Source: an uncultured Pseudomonadota bacterium (GTDB lineage: Bacteria > SAR324 > XYD2-FULL-50-16). From it: 41,317 nt of DNA. A program made the translations under genes and the position numbers. The notes under the pieces are model-generated. The model was not told the DNA's origin, searched no databases, and saw nothing but the letters and a program-made list of their open reading frames with translations. Below are positions 1 to 8,479 of the stretch, piece by piece; position 1 is the first letter of the stretch; each line of letters starts with the position of its first letter. The stretch lies in contig CAZJUM010000002.1 in NCBI GenBank assembly GCA_964549175.1, forward strand, positions 1-41,317. The letters run 5' to 3'.

Positions 1-420
1 GTCAAGTAAAAAATGAACTTTTTTGCACTTTTTTAATAAGCTCTGAATAGATACATTTAACCTTTGATGAAAAAGAGGTTCTCTAGCCTTTTTTCCTTTT
101 GGAGCTTTATCACTTCTTCACAATCATCCATATCAATCCGCTTTTTCAAAAAGTTTGATTCACAGCTTTGAAGGACAGTGAGAGCAATCCGATAATCACA
201 GCTTGCGAGTGAGTTTATTGCGACTTGGGATGGTGTGCTTAAAACCTGAAAAGCGCTTTCTCTGATTATCGCCGGATTATCATTAGTTCATTGACTGTTT
301 TAAATGAAGCGAGCTAGATTGGTCGTCAATTGTTTAACGTAAACGGGCGGTTTTGATAGCTTGACCAAGTCTGTTCCGCTGAACCCAAACAAACGATTTT
401 CATACCTTTAATAGAAAAAA

Positions 421-942
421 ATGAAAAAACTACTGATTCTATTTATCTGTCTTTCTGTTTCCGGTGCTGCTATGGGACAAGTTAAATTAAAGGTGGCTTC
501 AGTCGACACCAATGCCGTTATTAACCGTTCGAAAGAGGGGAAGGATTCGAAGGAATTGCTCGCGGCGCAAAAAAAGCAGTCGGACAACTACCTGCAGGCA
601 AAAGTTCAGGAGCTCCGAAAAAAGCAAGAAGAGCTTGAGAACTCCATGATGTTAACAGATAAAGCCAAGCAGGAAAAAATGGCTGAACTGCAAAAAATGT
701 ATGTTGATTTGAAAAGAGAAGAGGCAAAAGCCGCCAATGATTTTAGAGAAAATGAGAAACGATATGCTGAAACGATTTTTATGTTAATCAAACCCGTTAT
801 CAAAAGCATTGCCGAAAGAGAAAAATTTGATATGGTTTTGGATAAATCCCTGATAAAAGGGTTGCTGTATCATAATTTTAATATTATCGACATTACCGAT
901 CAGGTAATCACGGAATTCAACAACCTTCAATCAACGAATTAG
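421..942 (+). CDS. skp: Skp/OmpH-family periplasmic chaperone
   Basis: 173 aa. It has an N-terminal signal peptide (MKKLLILFICLSVSGAAMG) followed by a Lys/Glu/Gln-rich coiled-coil body typical of OmpH. It sits immediately upstream of fabZ-lpxA, as in canonical envelope clusters. Confidence 0.75.
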   Translation: MKKLLILFICLSVSGAAMGQVKLKVASVDTNAVINRSKEGKDSKELLAAQKKQSDNYLQAKVQELRKKQEELENSMMLTDKAKQEKMAELQKMYVDLKREEAKAANDFRENEKRYAETIFMLIKPVIKSIAEREKFDMVLDKSLIKGLLYHNFNIIDITDQVITEFNNLQSTN

Positions 943-944
943 CT

Positions 945-1382
945 ATGATAATGGACGTTCCGGAAATTAAAAAACGATTAAAGCACCGATACCCATTTTT
1001 AATGATCGATCGCGTCATCGAGCTGGAAGAGGGCGTAAGCTGTACAGCGATAAAAAACGTAACGGTCAATGAAGCTTTTTTTAATGGTCATTTTCCGGAA
1101 ATCCCTGTCATGCCCGGTGTTTTGATTGTTGAGGCCTTGGCGCAAACAGCCGGAATCGCCGGGTATACACTGCATAAAGATGCTGAGAAAAATATTACTT
1201 TTTTTGCCGGACTGGATAAAGTGAAATTCAAAAAACCGGTAGTACCGGGGGATCAATTGGTCTTAAAATCGACTTTTGTCAAACGAAAAATGAATATTTG
1301 GTTCCTCAAAGGGGATGCCTTTGTGGATGATCAATTGGTCGCAAGTGCTGAAGTCAAACTCGCTACCTCAAACTCTCCATAA
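945..1382 (+). CDS. fabZ: 3-hydroxyacyl-ACP dehydratase FabZ
   Basis: 145 aa with hot-dog fold motifs: HRYPFLMIDRV and FFNGHFPEIPVMPGVLIVEALAQTAG. The position before lpxA fits. Confidence 0.93.
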   Translation: MIMDVPEIKKRLKHRYPFLMIDRVIELEEGVSCTAIKNVTVNEAFFNGHFPEIPVMPGVLIVEALAQTAGIAGYTLHKDAEKNITFFAGLDKVKFKKPVVPGDQLVLKSTFVKRKMNIWFLKGDAFVDDQLVASAEVKLATSNSP

Positions 1383-1391
1383 ACACTCGTC

Positions 1392-2162
1392 ATGATTCAT
1401 CCAACAGCTATCATTGATCCCACAGCTAAAGTTTATTCTGATATTCAGGTTGGCGCATATACCATGATCGGTCCGAATGTCGAAATTGGCGAAGATACTG
1501 AGGTTCAGCATCACGTCGTTATTGCAGGGCCAACTAAAATTGGAAAACGGTGCCGGATTTTCCCATTTGCTTCCATTGGATTAGAACCCCAAGATAAAAA
1601 ATTTCGAGGAGAGATCTCTTTTCTGGAAATTGGGGATGAAAACACAATTCGGGAGTATGTTACGATAAATCGCGGCACTGAGCTTGGGGGAGGGATTACC
1701 AAAATTGGAAATCGGAGTTGGATCATGGCGTGTTGTCACATTGCCCATGATTGTGTATTGGGGAATGATATTACAATGTCCAACGGGGCAACACTGGCTG
1801 GGCACGTTAGCATTAAAGATCATGCGGTAATTGGCGGATTGACCGGTATTCATCAGTTTTGCAGTATCGGTGAATATGCCATTACCGGCGGGCAAAGTAT
1901 GATTCCGCAAGATGTCGCTCCCTTTTCGATGGTGGCGGGAAATCGCGCCCGATTATCCGGTGTTAATTATGTCGGGTTGAAACGAAACGGATTTACTCAA
2001 GATAAAATTGATGATGTGAATCTGGCGTTCTCTATCTTTTTCAGAAGTGGTCTCACCAAAAATGATGCCATCATCAAACTGAAAGAGGAATTCCCCGACT
2101 CCCCTCATATCAAAATTTTTATTGACTTTACGGAAGCTTCGGAACGAGGCGTCTGCCGCTAA
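1392..2162 (+). CDS. lpxA: acyl-ACP--UDP-N-acetylglucosamine (or UDP-GlcNAc3N) O/N-acyltransferase LpxA
   Basis: 256 aa with left-handed beta-helix hexapeptide repeats. It is near-colinear with E. coli LpxA (IHPTAII, FASIG, IAHDC, NGATLAGHV, HQFC.IG, GLKRNGF). Confidence 0.93.
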   Translation: MIHPTAIIDPTAKVYSDIQVGAYTMIGPNVEIGEDTEVQHHVVIAGPTKIGKRCRIFPFASIGLEPQDKKFRGEISFLEIGDENTIREYVTINRGTELGGGITKIGNRSWIMACCHIAHDCVLGNDITMSNGATLAGHVSIKDHAVIGGLTGIHQFCSIGEYAITGGQSMIPQDVAPFSMVAGNRARLSGVNYVGLKRNGFTQDKIDDVNLAFSIFFRSGLTKNDAIIKLKEEFPDSPHIKIFIDFTEASERGVCR

Positions 2163-2225
2163 CCGCGATAGCTCGCGAGACAAGCTAAACCTTATTCGCT
2201 CTAGTTTTAAAACAAGGATTTCTAA

Positions 2226-3248
2226 ATGAATATAGCTGTAATCGGATATGGATATTGGGGTCCCAATTTGGTCAGAAATTTCTCCTGGCAAAATAATACC
2301 CATGTTAAATATGTTTGTGATCTCAATGAAAATAGACTGGCAGGAGCTAAGAACCAGTTTTCTAATATTGAAATCATCACCAAAGACTGTCAGAAAGTAT
2401 TGGCTGATCCGGATGTCGATGCCGTTGCCATTGCAACACCGGTCTCTACCCACTTCCCCATTGCCAAAGCCGCTTTGGAGGCCAATAAGCATGTATTGAT
2501 CGAAAAACCCATGACGGAAAATGCCCAAGATGCTCAAACAATTATTGACTTGGCAAAGGCTCGCAATCTGACGGTTATGGTCGATCACACATTTTTGTAT
2601 ACGGGAGCCGTGAAAAAAATAAAGGAACTGATAGCTTCCAATCAAATCGGCGATGTCTATTATTTTGATTCGGTTCGAGTGAATCTTGGCTTGTTCCAGA
2701 GTGATATTAACGTTGTTTGGGATCTTGCCCCCCACGATTTATCCATAATGAATTATGTGATTGATAAACAACCTGTCAGTGTGAGTGCTCAAGGGATTGC
2801 CCACATGGAAGGAGGATTGGAAAACATCGCGTATATGACCGTATACTATGAGAACTCAACCTTTGCCCATTTTCATGTGAATTGGTTATCGCCGATTAAG
2901 GTCAGGCGAATCTTAATTGGGGGATCCAAAAAAATGATTGTGTATGACGATATGGAAAACGCGGAAAAGGTTAAGGTCTATGATTCGGGTGTTTACATCA
3001 AGTCCGATGACAAAGAGTCGATATACAAGCATTTGATTCAATATCGGACCGGTGATATGTACGCGCCAAAACTGGACGGAGCGGAAGCTCTTAATATCGA
3101 ATGCCAACATTTTATCGAATGCTGTCGGGAAGGAAAGAAACCCATTAGTGACGGAGAGTTTGGATTAACTATTGTAAAAATGCTGGAAGCGGCTCAAAAG
3201 TCAATCAAGCAACAAGGTGTCAATATCCCATTGGATTCACTATGTTAA
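2226..3248 (+). CDS. gnnA: Gfo/Idh/MocA NAD-dependent oxidoreductase, candidate UDP-GlcNAc 3-dehydrogenase (GnnA-like)
   Basis: 340 aa with an N-terminal Rossmann motif (IAVIGYGYWGPN) and the EKP motif (LIEKPM). It lies between lpxA and lpxB and is paired with a DegT aminotransferase, which is the arrangement described for gnnA/gnnB in Acidithiobacillus ferrooxidans. The family call is strong. The specific GnnA function is inferred from context. Confidence 0.7.
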   Translation: MNIAVIGYGYWGPNLVRNFSWQNNTHVKYVCDLNENRLAGAKNQFSNIEIITKDCQKVLADPDVDAVAIATPVSTHFPIAKAALEANKHVLIEKPMTENAQDAQTIIDLAKARNLTVMVDHTFLYTGAVKKIKELIASNQIGDVYYFDSVRVNLGLFQSDINVVWDLAPHDLSIMNYVIDKQPVSVSAQGIAHMEGGLENIAYMTVYYENSTFAHFHVNWLSPIKVRRILIGGSKKMIVYDDMENAEKVKVYDSGVYIKSDDKESIYKHLIQYRTGDMYAPKLDGAEALNIECQHFIECCREGKKPISDGEFGLTIVKMLEAAQKSIKQQGVNIPLDSLC

Positions 3249-4738
3249 AGGTATTACTCAATACGGAAGTACTGATCGAGGCGCTGAGAAAAAACAACGC
3301 GACCTGCCGGAAAGCTATAGAAAAATGTATCAAGAGTCCTAATATTCAAGCATGGGTACTCGCAAGCAGCGTTTCGGAGCTTGTCAAGAAAGGGATATCG
3401 GCGACCGGAATATCCGACGCTTTGCGACATATAGCTAAAATTCCTGTCAATCACTATCTTACCCAAAAAGCATTGCACTCATCGCTACAATTTGATCGTG
3501 CGTTTGAGTTAGCTGCTGCCAGAGTATTCAAATTGTCAATGATCGTGAAGGTTGATGTCCAAGCGAGTAATGGAGATATCAAGGATATTTCCACACAAGA
3601 TTTTTTGGAATTGGATGAATCGGATCTGCCCGGCAATATCAACTTTATGGACTTAACTTTGCCGGTGCATGCGATCTTTAATCAAGTCGATGGTTGGTAT
3701 ATGGAGATTATCCAGAATACAGCATTTGCCGGTGGCAATCATGTGGCGGAATTTGAGAAAGAATTTGCGGAATATTGCCAAACTCGATTCGCCGTCGGAA
3801 CCAGCAATGGGACGGATGCTCTGCTGTTTTGCTTATTGGCGCTGGGCATCGGACCAGGAGATGAGGTGATTACTGTTCCCAATACCTTCATCGCGACAAC
3901 TGAGGCGATTTCTCAAGCCGGGGGCACACCGGTATTTGTTGATGTGCGGGCGGATAGCTATAATATGGATACGAATCAGATCGAAGAAAAAATCACTGAA
4001 AATACCAAGGTAATTCTTCCCGTTCATCTTTATGGGCAAATAGCCGATATGGATGCCATACTTGCCATTGCGCAAAAACATAAAATAAAGGTTTTGGAAG
4101 ACGCGTGTCAGGCTCATGGTGCTGTTTATAAAGGGAAGCGGGCAGGATCAATAGGAGATGCAGCCGCATTCAGCATGTATCCCGGAAAAAATTTAGGTGC
4201 CTTTGGCGAAGCAGGCTGTGTTGTGACCAGCGACCCTGAGATCAATCGCGCAGTAAGATTGTTGCGGGATCATGGTCAAAATCAAAAATATTATCATGAG
4301 ATCGAAGGTTACAATGGCCGTATGGACAACCTGCAAGCGGCTTCACTTAGGGCCAAATTACCGTTGATGGATGCTTGGAATGATTTACGCCGAAACGCGG
4401 CAAGGTGGTATCAGAAGTATTTGCGGGATATTCCTCAGGTGGTTCTCCCCAAAGTAGTCATTGATGAATCGGCGCATGTATTTCATGTGTATGTCATTTT
4501 GGTGTCAGAGCCTCGGGAAATGCATGAGTATTTAAAATCAAAGGGAATTTTTACAGCATTTCATTATCCGGTTCCTTTGCATAAACAGAATGCCTACAAG
4601 CAACAGTTTGCCGCCAAACAGAGTTATCCTGTAACAGAGGAATGCACTAGGAAACTTTTGACCTTGCCAATGTTTCCTGAGATTACGGAAAAACAGATCA
4701 TGCGGATTTGCGGCGAAATAAAGCGGTTTTATGACTAA
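3242..4738 (+). CDS. gnnB: DegT/DnrJ/EryC1/StrS PLP-dependent sugar aminotransferase (GnnB-like) with an N-terminal ~135-aa PIN-like extension
   Basis: 498 aa. The core runs from about aa 133: INFMDL, GGNHVAEFEKEFAEY, GTSNGTDAL, and the PLP-lysine context FSMYPGKNLGAFGEAG. The ATG at 3242 overlaps the upstream stop (ATGTTAA). The frame stays open through the extension, which resembles a PIN domain (see findings). Confidence 0.75.
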   Translation: MLKVLLNTEVLIEALRKNNATCRKAIEKCIKSPNIQAWVLASSVSELVKKGISATGISDALRHIAKIPVNHYLTQKALHSSLQFDRAFELAAARVFKLSMIVKVDVQASNGDIKDISTQDFLELDESDLPGNINFMDLTLPVHAIFNQVDGWYMEIIQNTAFAGGNHVAEFEKEFAEYCQTRFAVGTSNGTDALLFCLLALGIGPGDEVITVPNTFIATTEAISQAGGTPVFVDVRADSYNMDTNQIEEKITENTKVILPVHLYGQIADMDAILAIAQKHKIKVLEDACQAHGAVYKGKRAGSIGDAAAFSMYPGKNLGAFGEAGCVVTSDPEINRAVRLLRDHGQNQKYYHEIEGYNGRMDNLQAASLRAKLPLMDAWNDLRRNAARWYQKYLRDIPQVVLPKVVIDESAHVFHVYVILVSEPREMHEYLKSKGIFTAFHYPVPLHKQNAYKQQFAAKQSYPVTEECTRKLLTLPMFPEITEKQIMRICGEIKRFYD

Positions 4739-5897
4739 ATTACTGGTGATTGCCGGTGAGGCTTCGGGTGATCTCCACGGCGGCAATGTTATTCTCAAAT
4801 TAAAGGAATTACATCCGGATATCGAAATGTTCGGTACCGGTGGCAAAGTCTTGGAATCGGCGGGGGTGAGACTGATCTACCGGGCGGAAGACATGGCCGT
4901 AATCGGCATTTGGGAGGTATTAAAACGTTATGGATATTACAAAGGTATTTTCAATGATATTGTGCGTCAGTTGGATGAAGAAAAACCTGACGCGGTATTT
5001 TTAGTGGATTACCCCGCTTTTAATTTGCGAGTAGCCGAAGAAGCGAAAAAACGCGGTATTAAAGTAATTTATTATGTGGCTCCGCAAGTTTGGGCCTGGA
5101 AGAAAAATCGGATTCACAAAATCAAAGCCTTTGTCGATGAATTGATTTGTCTGTTCCCTTTTGAGGTTGATTTTTTTAGAAAGAAAGGGATGGACACCCA
5201 TTGTTTTGGTCACCCCTTAATTGATATTGCCCATCCGTCGCAATCCAAATCTGAAGTTTTTAAAAAATGGGATTTGGATACCGGTAAGCGATTGGTGAGC
5301 TTGTTGCCGGGAAGTCGACGAAATGAAATATTGAGGCATTTCCCGTTACTGCTGACCATTGCCGATCGGCTATATGAAAAACAACCCGATGTGCAGTTCG
5401 CGATCCCCCTTGCGCCGACTGTGAGCAAAGAAGAAATTCAGGGACAATTAACCCATTCGAACGCTGTAATAAAGATCATCGAGGATGATACTTACAATAT
5501 CGTAGGGCATTCGGACTTTGCCGCTGTGGCATCCGGTACCGCGACATTGGAAACGGCGCTGTTACAAACGCCGCTGTTGATTTACTATAAAATATCCGCG
5601 TTTACATATGTGATTGCCAAGTACATTTTGAGAATCAAAGCCGTTGGGTTGCCCAATATCGTTTCTGGCAAGGAGATTGTTCCTGAATTGATTCAGTATT
5701 TCACTTCGGCCCAGGACCTCGCCAATACCATTGATCACTATCTCACGAACAATCGAGAATATGATCAAATCAAACAAAATCTGCGGGAACTTCGTGCTAA
5801 TATGGGAGAACACGGTGCCTACCAAAAAACGGCTGAGTTTTTGAATCAGTGCTTATCGCAGACTTTGTCACAAATACAAACCGCCGCAACTCAGTAA
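4731..5897 (+). CDS. lpxB: lipid-A-disaccharide synthase LpxB
   Basis: 388 aa. The N-terminus is LLVIAGEASGDLHG, with typical GT19 motifs further on (YYVAPQVWAW, LLPGSR). The start overlaps the stop of the preceding gene. Confidence 0.92.
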   Translation: MTKLLVIAGEASGDLHGGNVILKLKELHPDIEMFGTGGKVLESAGVRLIYRAEDMAVIGIWEVLKRYGYYKGIFNDIVRQLDEEKPDAVFLVDYPAFNLRVAEEAKKRGIKVIYYVAPQVWAWKKNRIHKIKAFVDELICLFPFEVDFFRKKGMDTHCFGHPLIDIAHPSQSKSEVFKKWDLDTGKRLVSLLPGSRRNEILRHFPLLLTIADRLYEKQPDVQFAIPLAPTVSKEEIQGQLTHSNAVIKIIEDDTYNIVGHSDFAAVASGTATLETALLQTPLLIYYKISAFTYVIAKYILRIKAVGLPNIVSGKEIVPELIQYFTSAQDLANTIDHYLTNNREYDQIKQNLRELRANMGEHGAYQKTAEFLNQCLSQTLSQIQTAATQ

Positions 5898-6047
5898 CAA
5901 TCCGGTGATCGTTTGTGACTATAAAAATGGAAAAGCCTCTTGTGATTATAAGATCAATACTTTAGCATTCGCCAATTAAGGTATTGATAAGTTACGGAAT
6001 TCCGTTTCAACAGGAATGTAAATCCAGTTAGTCTTCAGGTATCTGTA

Positions 6048-7211
6048 ATGAGAGAAGAAATACAAATTGATAATAAACGAATTATCTTAATCGGAACGGC
6101 CCATATTTCCCGGGAAAGTATCGATGAAGTAGAAACTATAATCCGTGAAGAAAAACCGGATACGGTTTGTGTCGAACTTTGCAAGAGCCTCTATGATTCC
6201 ATTAAGGATACCAGTCATTGGCGCAATATGGATATTGTTAAGGTGATCAAAGAAGGAAAGACGTCGATTTTACTGATCAATTTGATGATCTCCGCGTTTC
6301 AAAAAAAAATGGGAGACAAACTAGGGGTGAAACCCGGAGCGGAAATGATCAAAGCCATCCAAGTGACCGAAGAAGTGGGTGCTAAAACGGTATTGGCAGA
6401 TCGTGAGGTAACTATCACCTTGAATAGAACCTGGCGCAAATTGTCGTTTTGGGAAAAAATAAAGCTCTTTGGCCAATTGGTTTTCGAAATTTTCAAGTCA
6501 CCAGAAATTTCAGAAGAGGAAATCGAAAACCTGAAAGAAACGGATATGCTGACTGAAGCGCTCGAAACGCTATCCGAGACTCTACCCATTGTCAAATCAG
6601 TTCTAATCGATGAGCGAGATAAGTATCTGGCGACGAAAATTGCCGAGGCAGAAGGCGATACCATTGTGGCGGTTATTGGTGCCGGTCATATGCTTGGAGT
6701 TCAAAAACATATTGAGCATCCGGTAAATCTTTCGGAGCTCGAAGTTCTGCTTAAACCCGGACATACCGGAAAGATCTTAAAATGGACGATCCCCTTGGCT
6801 GTACTGGGAATTATGGCTTATGGGTTTTTAGGCGTGGATATTCAAGTTGGACTTGGAATGGCTAAGTATTGGATTCTAATTAATGGCGTATTGGCGGCAG
6901 TTGGGGCTATTATTGCCGGCGGGCACATACTCACGATTATTTCAGCTTTTGTGGCAGCTCCGATCACCTCTTTAAATCCTATAATCGCTGCTGGCTGGGT
7001 TTCCGGGTTGACCGAAGCGTGGATTAGAAAACCACGGGTGGAGGATTTTGAGAACCTGGCCAATGATATAACAACGATCAAAGGGTTTCGTAAAAATGAA
7101 ATAACAAAAATCCTATTGGTGGTTGTGCTCAGTAATATGGGAAGTATGATTGGATCATTTATTGGCATTCCTATTGTAACATCGATGTTGCAGAACAATA
7201 TACCCACTTAA
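6048..7211 (+). CDS. TraB/GumN (Tiki-superfamily) protein with a C-terminal multi-pass membrane domain
   Basis: 387 aa. Motifs are IILIGTAHISRESIDEV (the GTxH motif), VCVELC and AVIGAGHM. The C-terminal ~150 aa are hydrophobic (several predicted TM helices). Confidence 0.8.
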   Translation: MREEIQIDNKRIILIGTAHISRESIDEVETIIREEKPDTVCVELCKSLYDSIKDTSHWRNMDIVKVIKEGKTSILLINLMISAFQKKMGDKLGVKPGAEMIKAIQVTEEVGAKTVLADREVTITLNRTWRKLSFWEKIKLFGQLVFEIFKSPEISEEEIENLKETDMLTEALETLSETLPIVKSVLIDERDKYLATKIAEAEGDTIVAVIGAGHMLGVQKHIEHPVNLSELEVLLKPGHTGKILKWTIPLAVLGIMAYGFLGVDIQVGLGMAKYWILINGVLAAVGAIIAGGHILTIISAFVAAPITSLNPIIAAGWVSGLTEAWIRKPRVEDFENLANDITTIKGFRKNEITKILLVVVLSNMGSMIGSFIGIPIVTSMLQNNIPT

Positions 7212-7277
7212 ATTTTTTTGGAATTGATAACATTTTATTAACTCAGAAGAAGACAACGATAAAGAACAGGTAAAACT

Positions 7278-7646
7278 ATGGAATCGGAAAAAAAGAATAT
7301 TCTCAATGATTTTCTTCCCAAGCTCAAAAATTTCATTAAGTCGGAAACCGTTATTGGCGACCCATACACGATAGGTGATGTTACCTTGATTCCTATTAAT
7401 TCAGTAAAAGTAGGATTTGGATACGGAGGCACCGATTTTAATAAAAAAACAGATTCCCAAGGTGGTGGCGGCGGTGTTTTGCTAACACCGGTAGCGTTTA
7501 TCGTCGCGAAAGGAGACGATGTGTCCATTCATAGTTTGAATGCCGGGACAATTGAGAATGTGATGACCAAAGTGCCGGAAGTGGTCGATAAATTTATTTC
7601 TGTATTTCAGAGAACTCAAAAAAAAGATAAAGCACCCACAGAATGA
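7278..7646 (+). CDS. GerW/YtfJ-family protein (Spore_YtfJ domain)
   Basis: 122 aa. ETVIGDPYTIGDVTLIPINSVKVGFGYGG ... GGGGGVLLTPVAFIVAKGDDVSI matches my memory of the YtfJ/GerW signature, with a Gly-rich centre flanked by beta strands. Confidence 0.8.
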   Translation: MESEKKNILNDFLPKLKNFIKSETVIGDPYTIGDVTLIPINSVKVGFGYGGTDFNKKTDSQGGGGGVLLTPVAFIVAKGDDVSIHSLNAGTIENVMTKVPEVVDKFISVFQRTQKKDKAPTE

Positions 7647-8263
7647 TCCTAGCCGTTAGTGTGTTTGTGATTGGATTAGTCATCCTAATTGTCATTTGCC
7701 TTCCGATAAAAATTGGATTCAAAACCAGTACACGCACCATAACAATTCGTTATATGTTCGTGCTCGCATTGATAAAACTGTTGGGAGATAAGCCCAAAAT
7801 TAGAATTTATATATTGGGGAGACCTTGTAAAACCAAAGCTGAAAAAAAGTCGGCGAAAAAGAAGAAGAAAATCCAAGCTGAAAAAAAGTCGGCGAAAAAG
7901 AAGAAAAGAATCAAAAAAGTGACACCACAACTGATAATTGATATTCTGCGCCAACCGTCGATACCTAAAATAACGAAGGTACTTGTCAAATTTGGATTTC
8001 GATCCTTGTTTGCGGTAAATATCAAGCGCTTGAATTGGGATATTGGTCTCAAAGATTACTACCTGCAAGGTATTGTTCATGGTGTCAGTGCTTGTATTCC
8101 CCAAAGTAAAGCGATTACCATAAACAACAATTATCAGGGATGTAACCGATTACAGCTAAAAATGCATATTCCAATCTGGCGCTTGTTAATTGCATTGGTA
8201 TTGCTACTCTGCTGTTTTCCCTACCTCAAGACCTTTCAACTATATAAATCAACTTTGCATTGA
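7643..8263 (+). CDS. membrane-anchored hypothetical protein, DUF2953 (YtfI)-like
   Basis: 206 aa with an ATGA overlap onto the GerW gene. It has an N-terminal TM helix, a Lys-rich duplicated linker and a C-terminal hydrophobic helix. The DUF2953 assignment rests on architecture and on the known ytfI-ytfJ pairing, not on a strong motif match. Confidence 0.5.
   Translation: MILAVSVFVIGLVILIVICLPIKIGFKTSTRTITIRYMFVLALIKLLGDKPKIRIYILGRPCKTKAEKKSAKKKKKIQAEKKSAKKKKRIKKVTPQLIIDILRQPSIPKITKVLVKFGFRSLFAVNIKRLNWDIGLKDYYLQGIVHGVSACIPQSKAITINNNYQGCNRLQLKMHIPIWRLLIALVLLLCCFPYLKTFQLYKSTLH
7836..7913 (+). repeat. in-frame 39-nt tandem duplication (2 copies) inside the DUF2953-like gene
   Basis: AAGCTGAAAAAAAGTCGGCGAAAAAGAAGAA is exact at 7836-7866 and again at 7875-7905, a 39-nt period. 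It encodes AEKKSAKKKKKIQ / AEKKSAKKKKRIK. Confidence 0.9.
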
Positions 8264-8479
8264 GCTACTTGAATAAATGATAACACGAGTGTTTTCGCAG
8301 TCTGTTCGGATATCCATTTTTTAAAACTTCAGCTTTATTCCGATGCTTTTTTGTTCTATGCTAGTGTCAAATTGGATCAATTACAGCCAAACTCACCCCG
8401 TGCCTTAATCATGACATGCATAGATGGTCATTAGTACCGAAAACCTTTTCGCGTCATAACCTTATTTCCCCTCAATTAA

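Noticed and set aside
1-420. Possible 3' end of bamA or another gene, or a regulatory RNA, upstream of skp
   Set aside because: There is only a GTCAAGTAA stop at the extreme edge and no ORF of 60 aa or more. The 9-nt recurrence of TCACAGCTT (about 160 and about 197) is too short to interpret.
1953-2735. 260-aa ORF on the minus strand
   Set aside because: It lies entirely antisense to the well-supported lpxA 3' end and the Gfo/Idh/MocA gene. The sequence is low-complexity with no recognisable motif. This is a typical shadow ORF.
3647-4738. Alternative shorter DegT ORF starting at the internal ATG 3647 (363 aa)
   Set aside because: This is possible but less likely. Homology to the conserved IPF.DL N-terminal motif begins three codons upstream of this Met. 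The upstream 405 nt are stop-free in an AT-rich context and start with an ATG overlapping the previous stop. I kept it as the alternative hypothesis in the findings.
7836-7913. Possible CRISPR-like or regulatory repeat
   Set aside because: There are only two directly adjacent copies with no spacers. They lie in-frame inside a CDS, so this is a coding tandem duplication.
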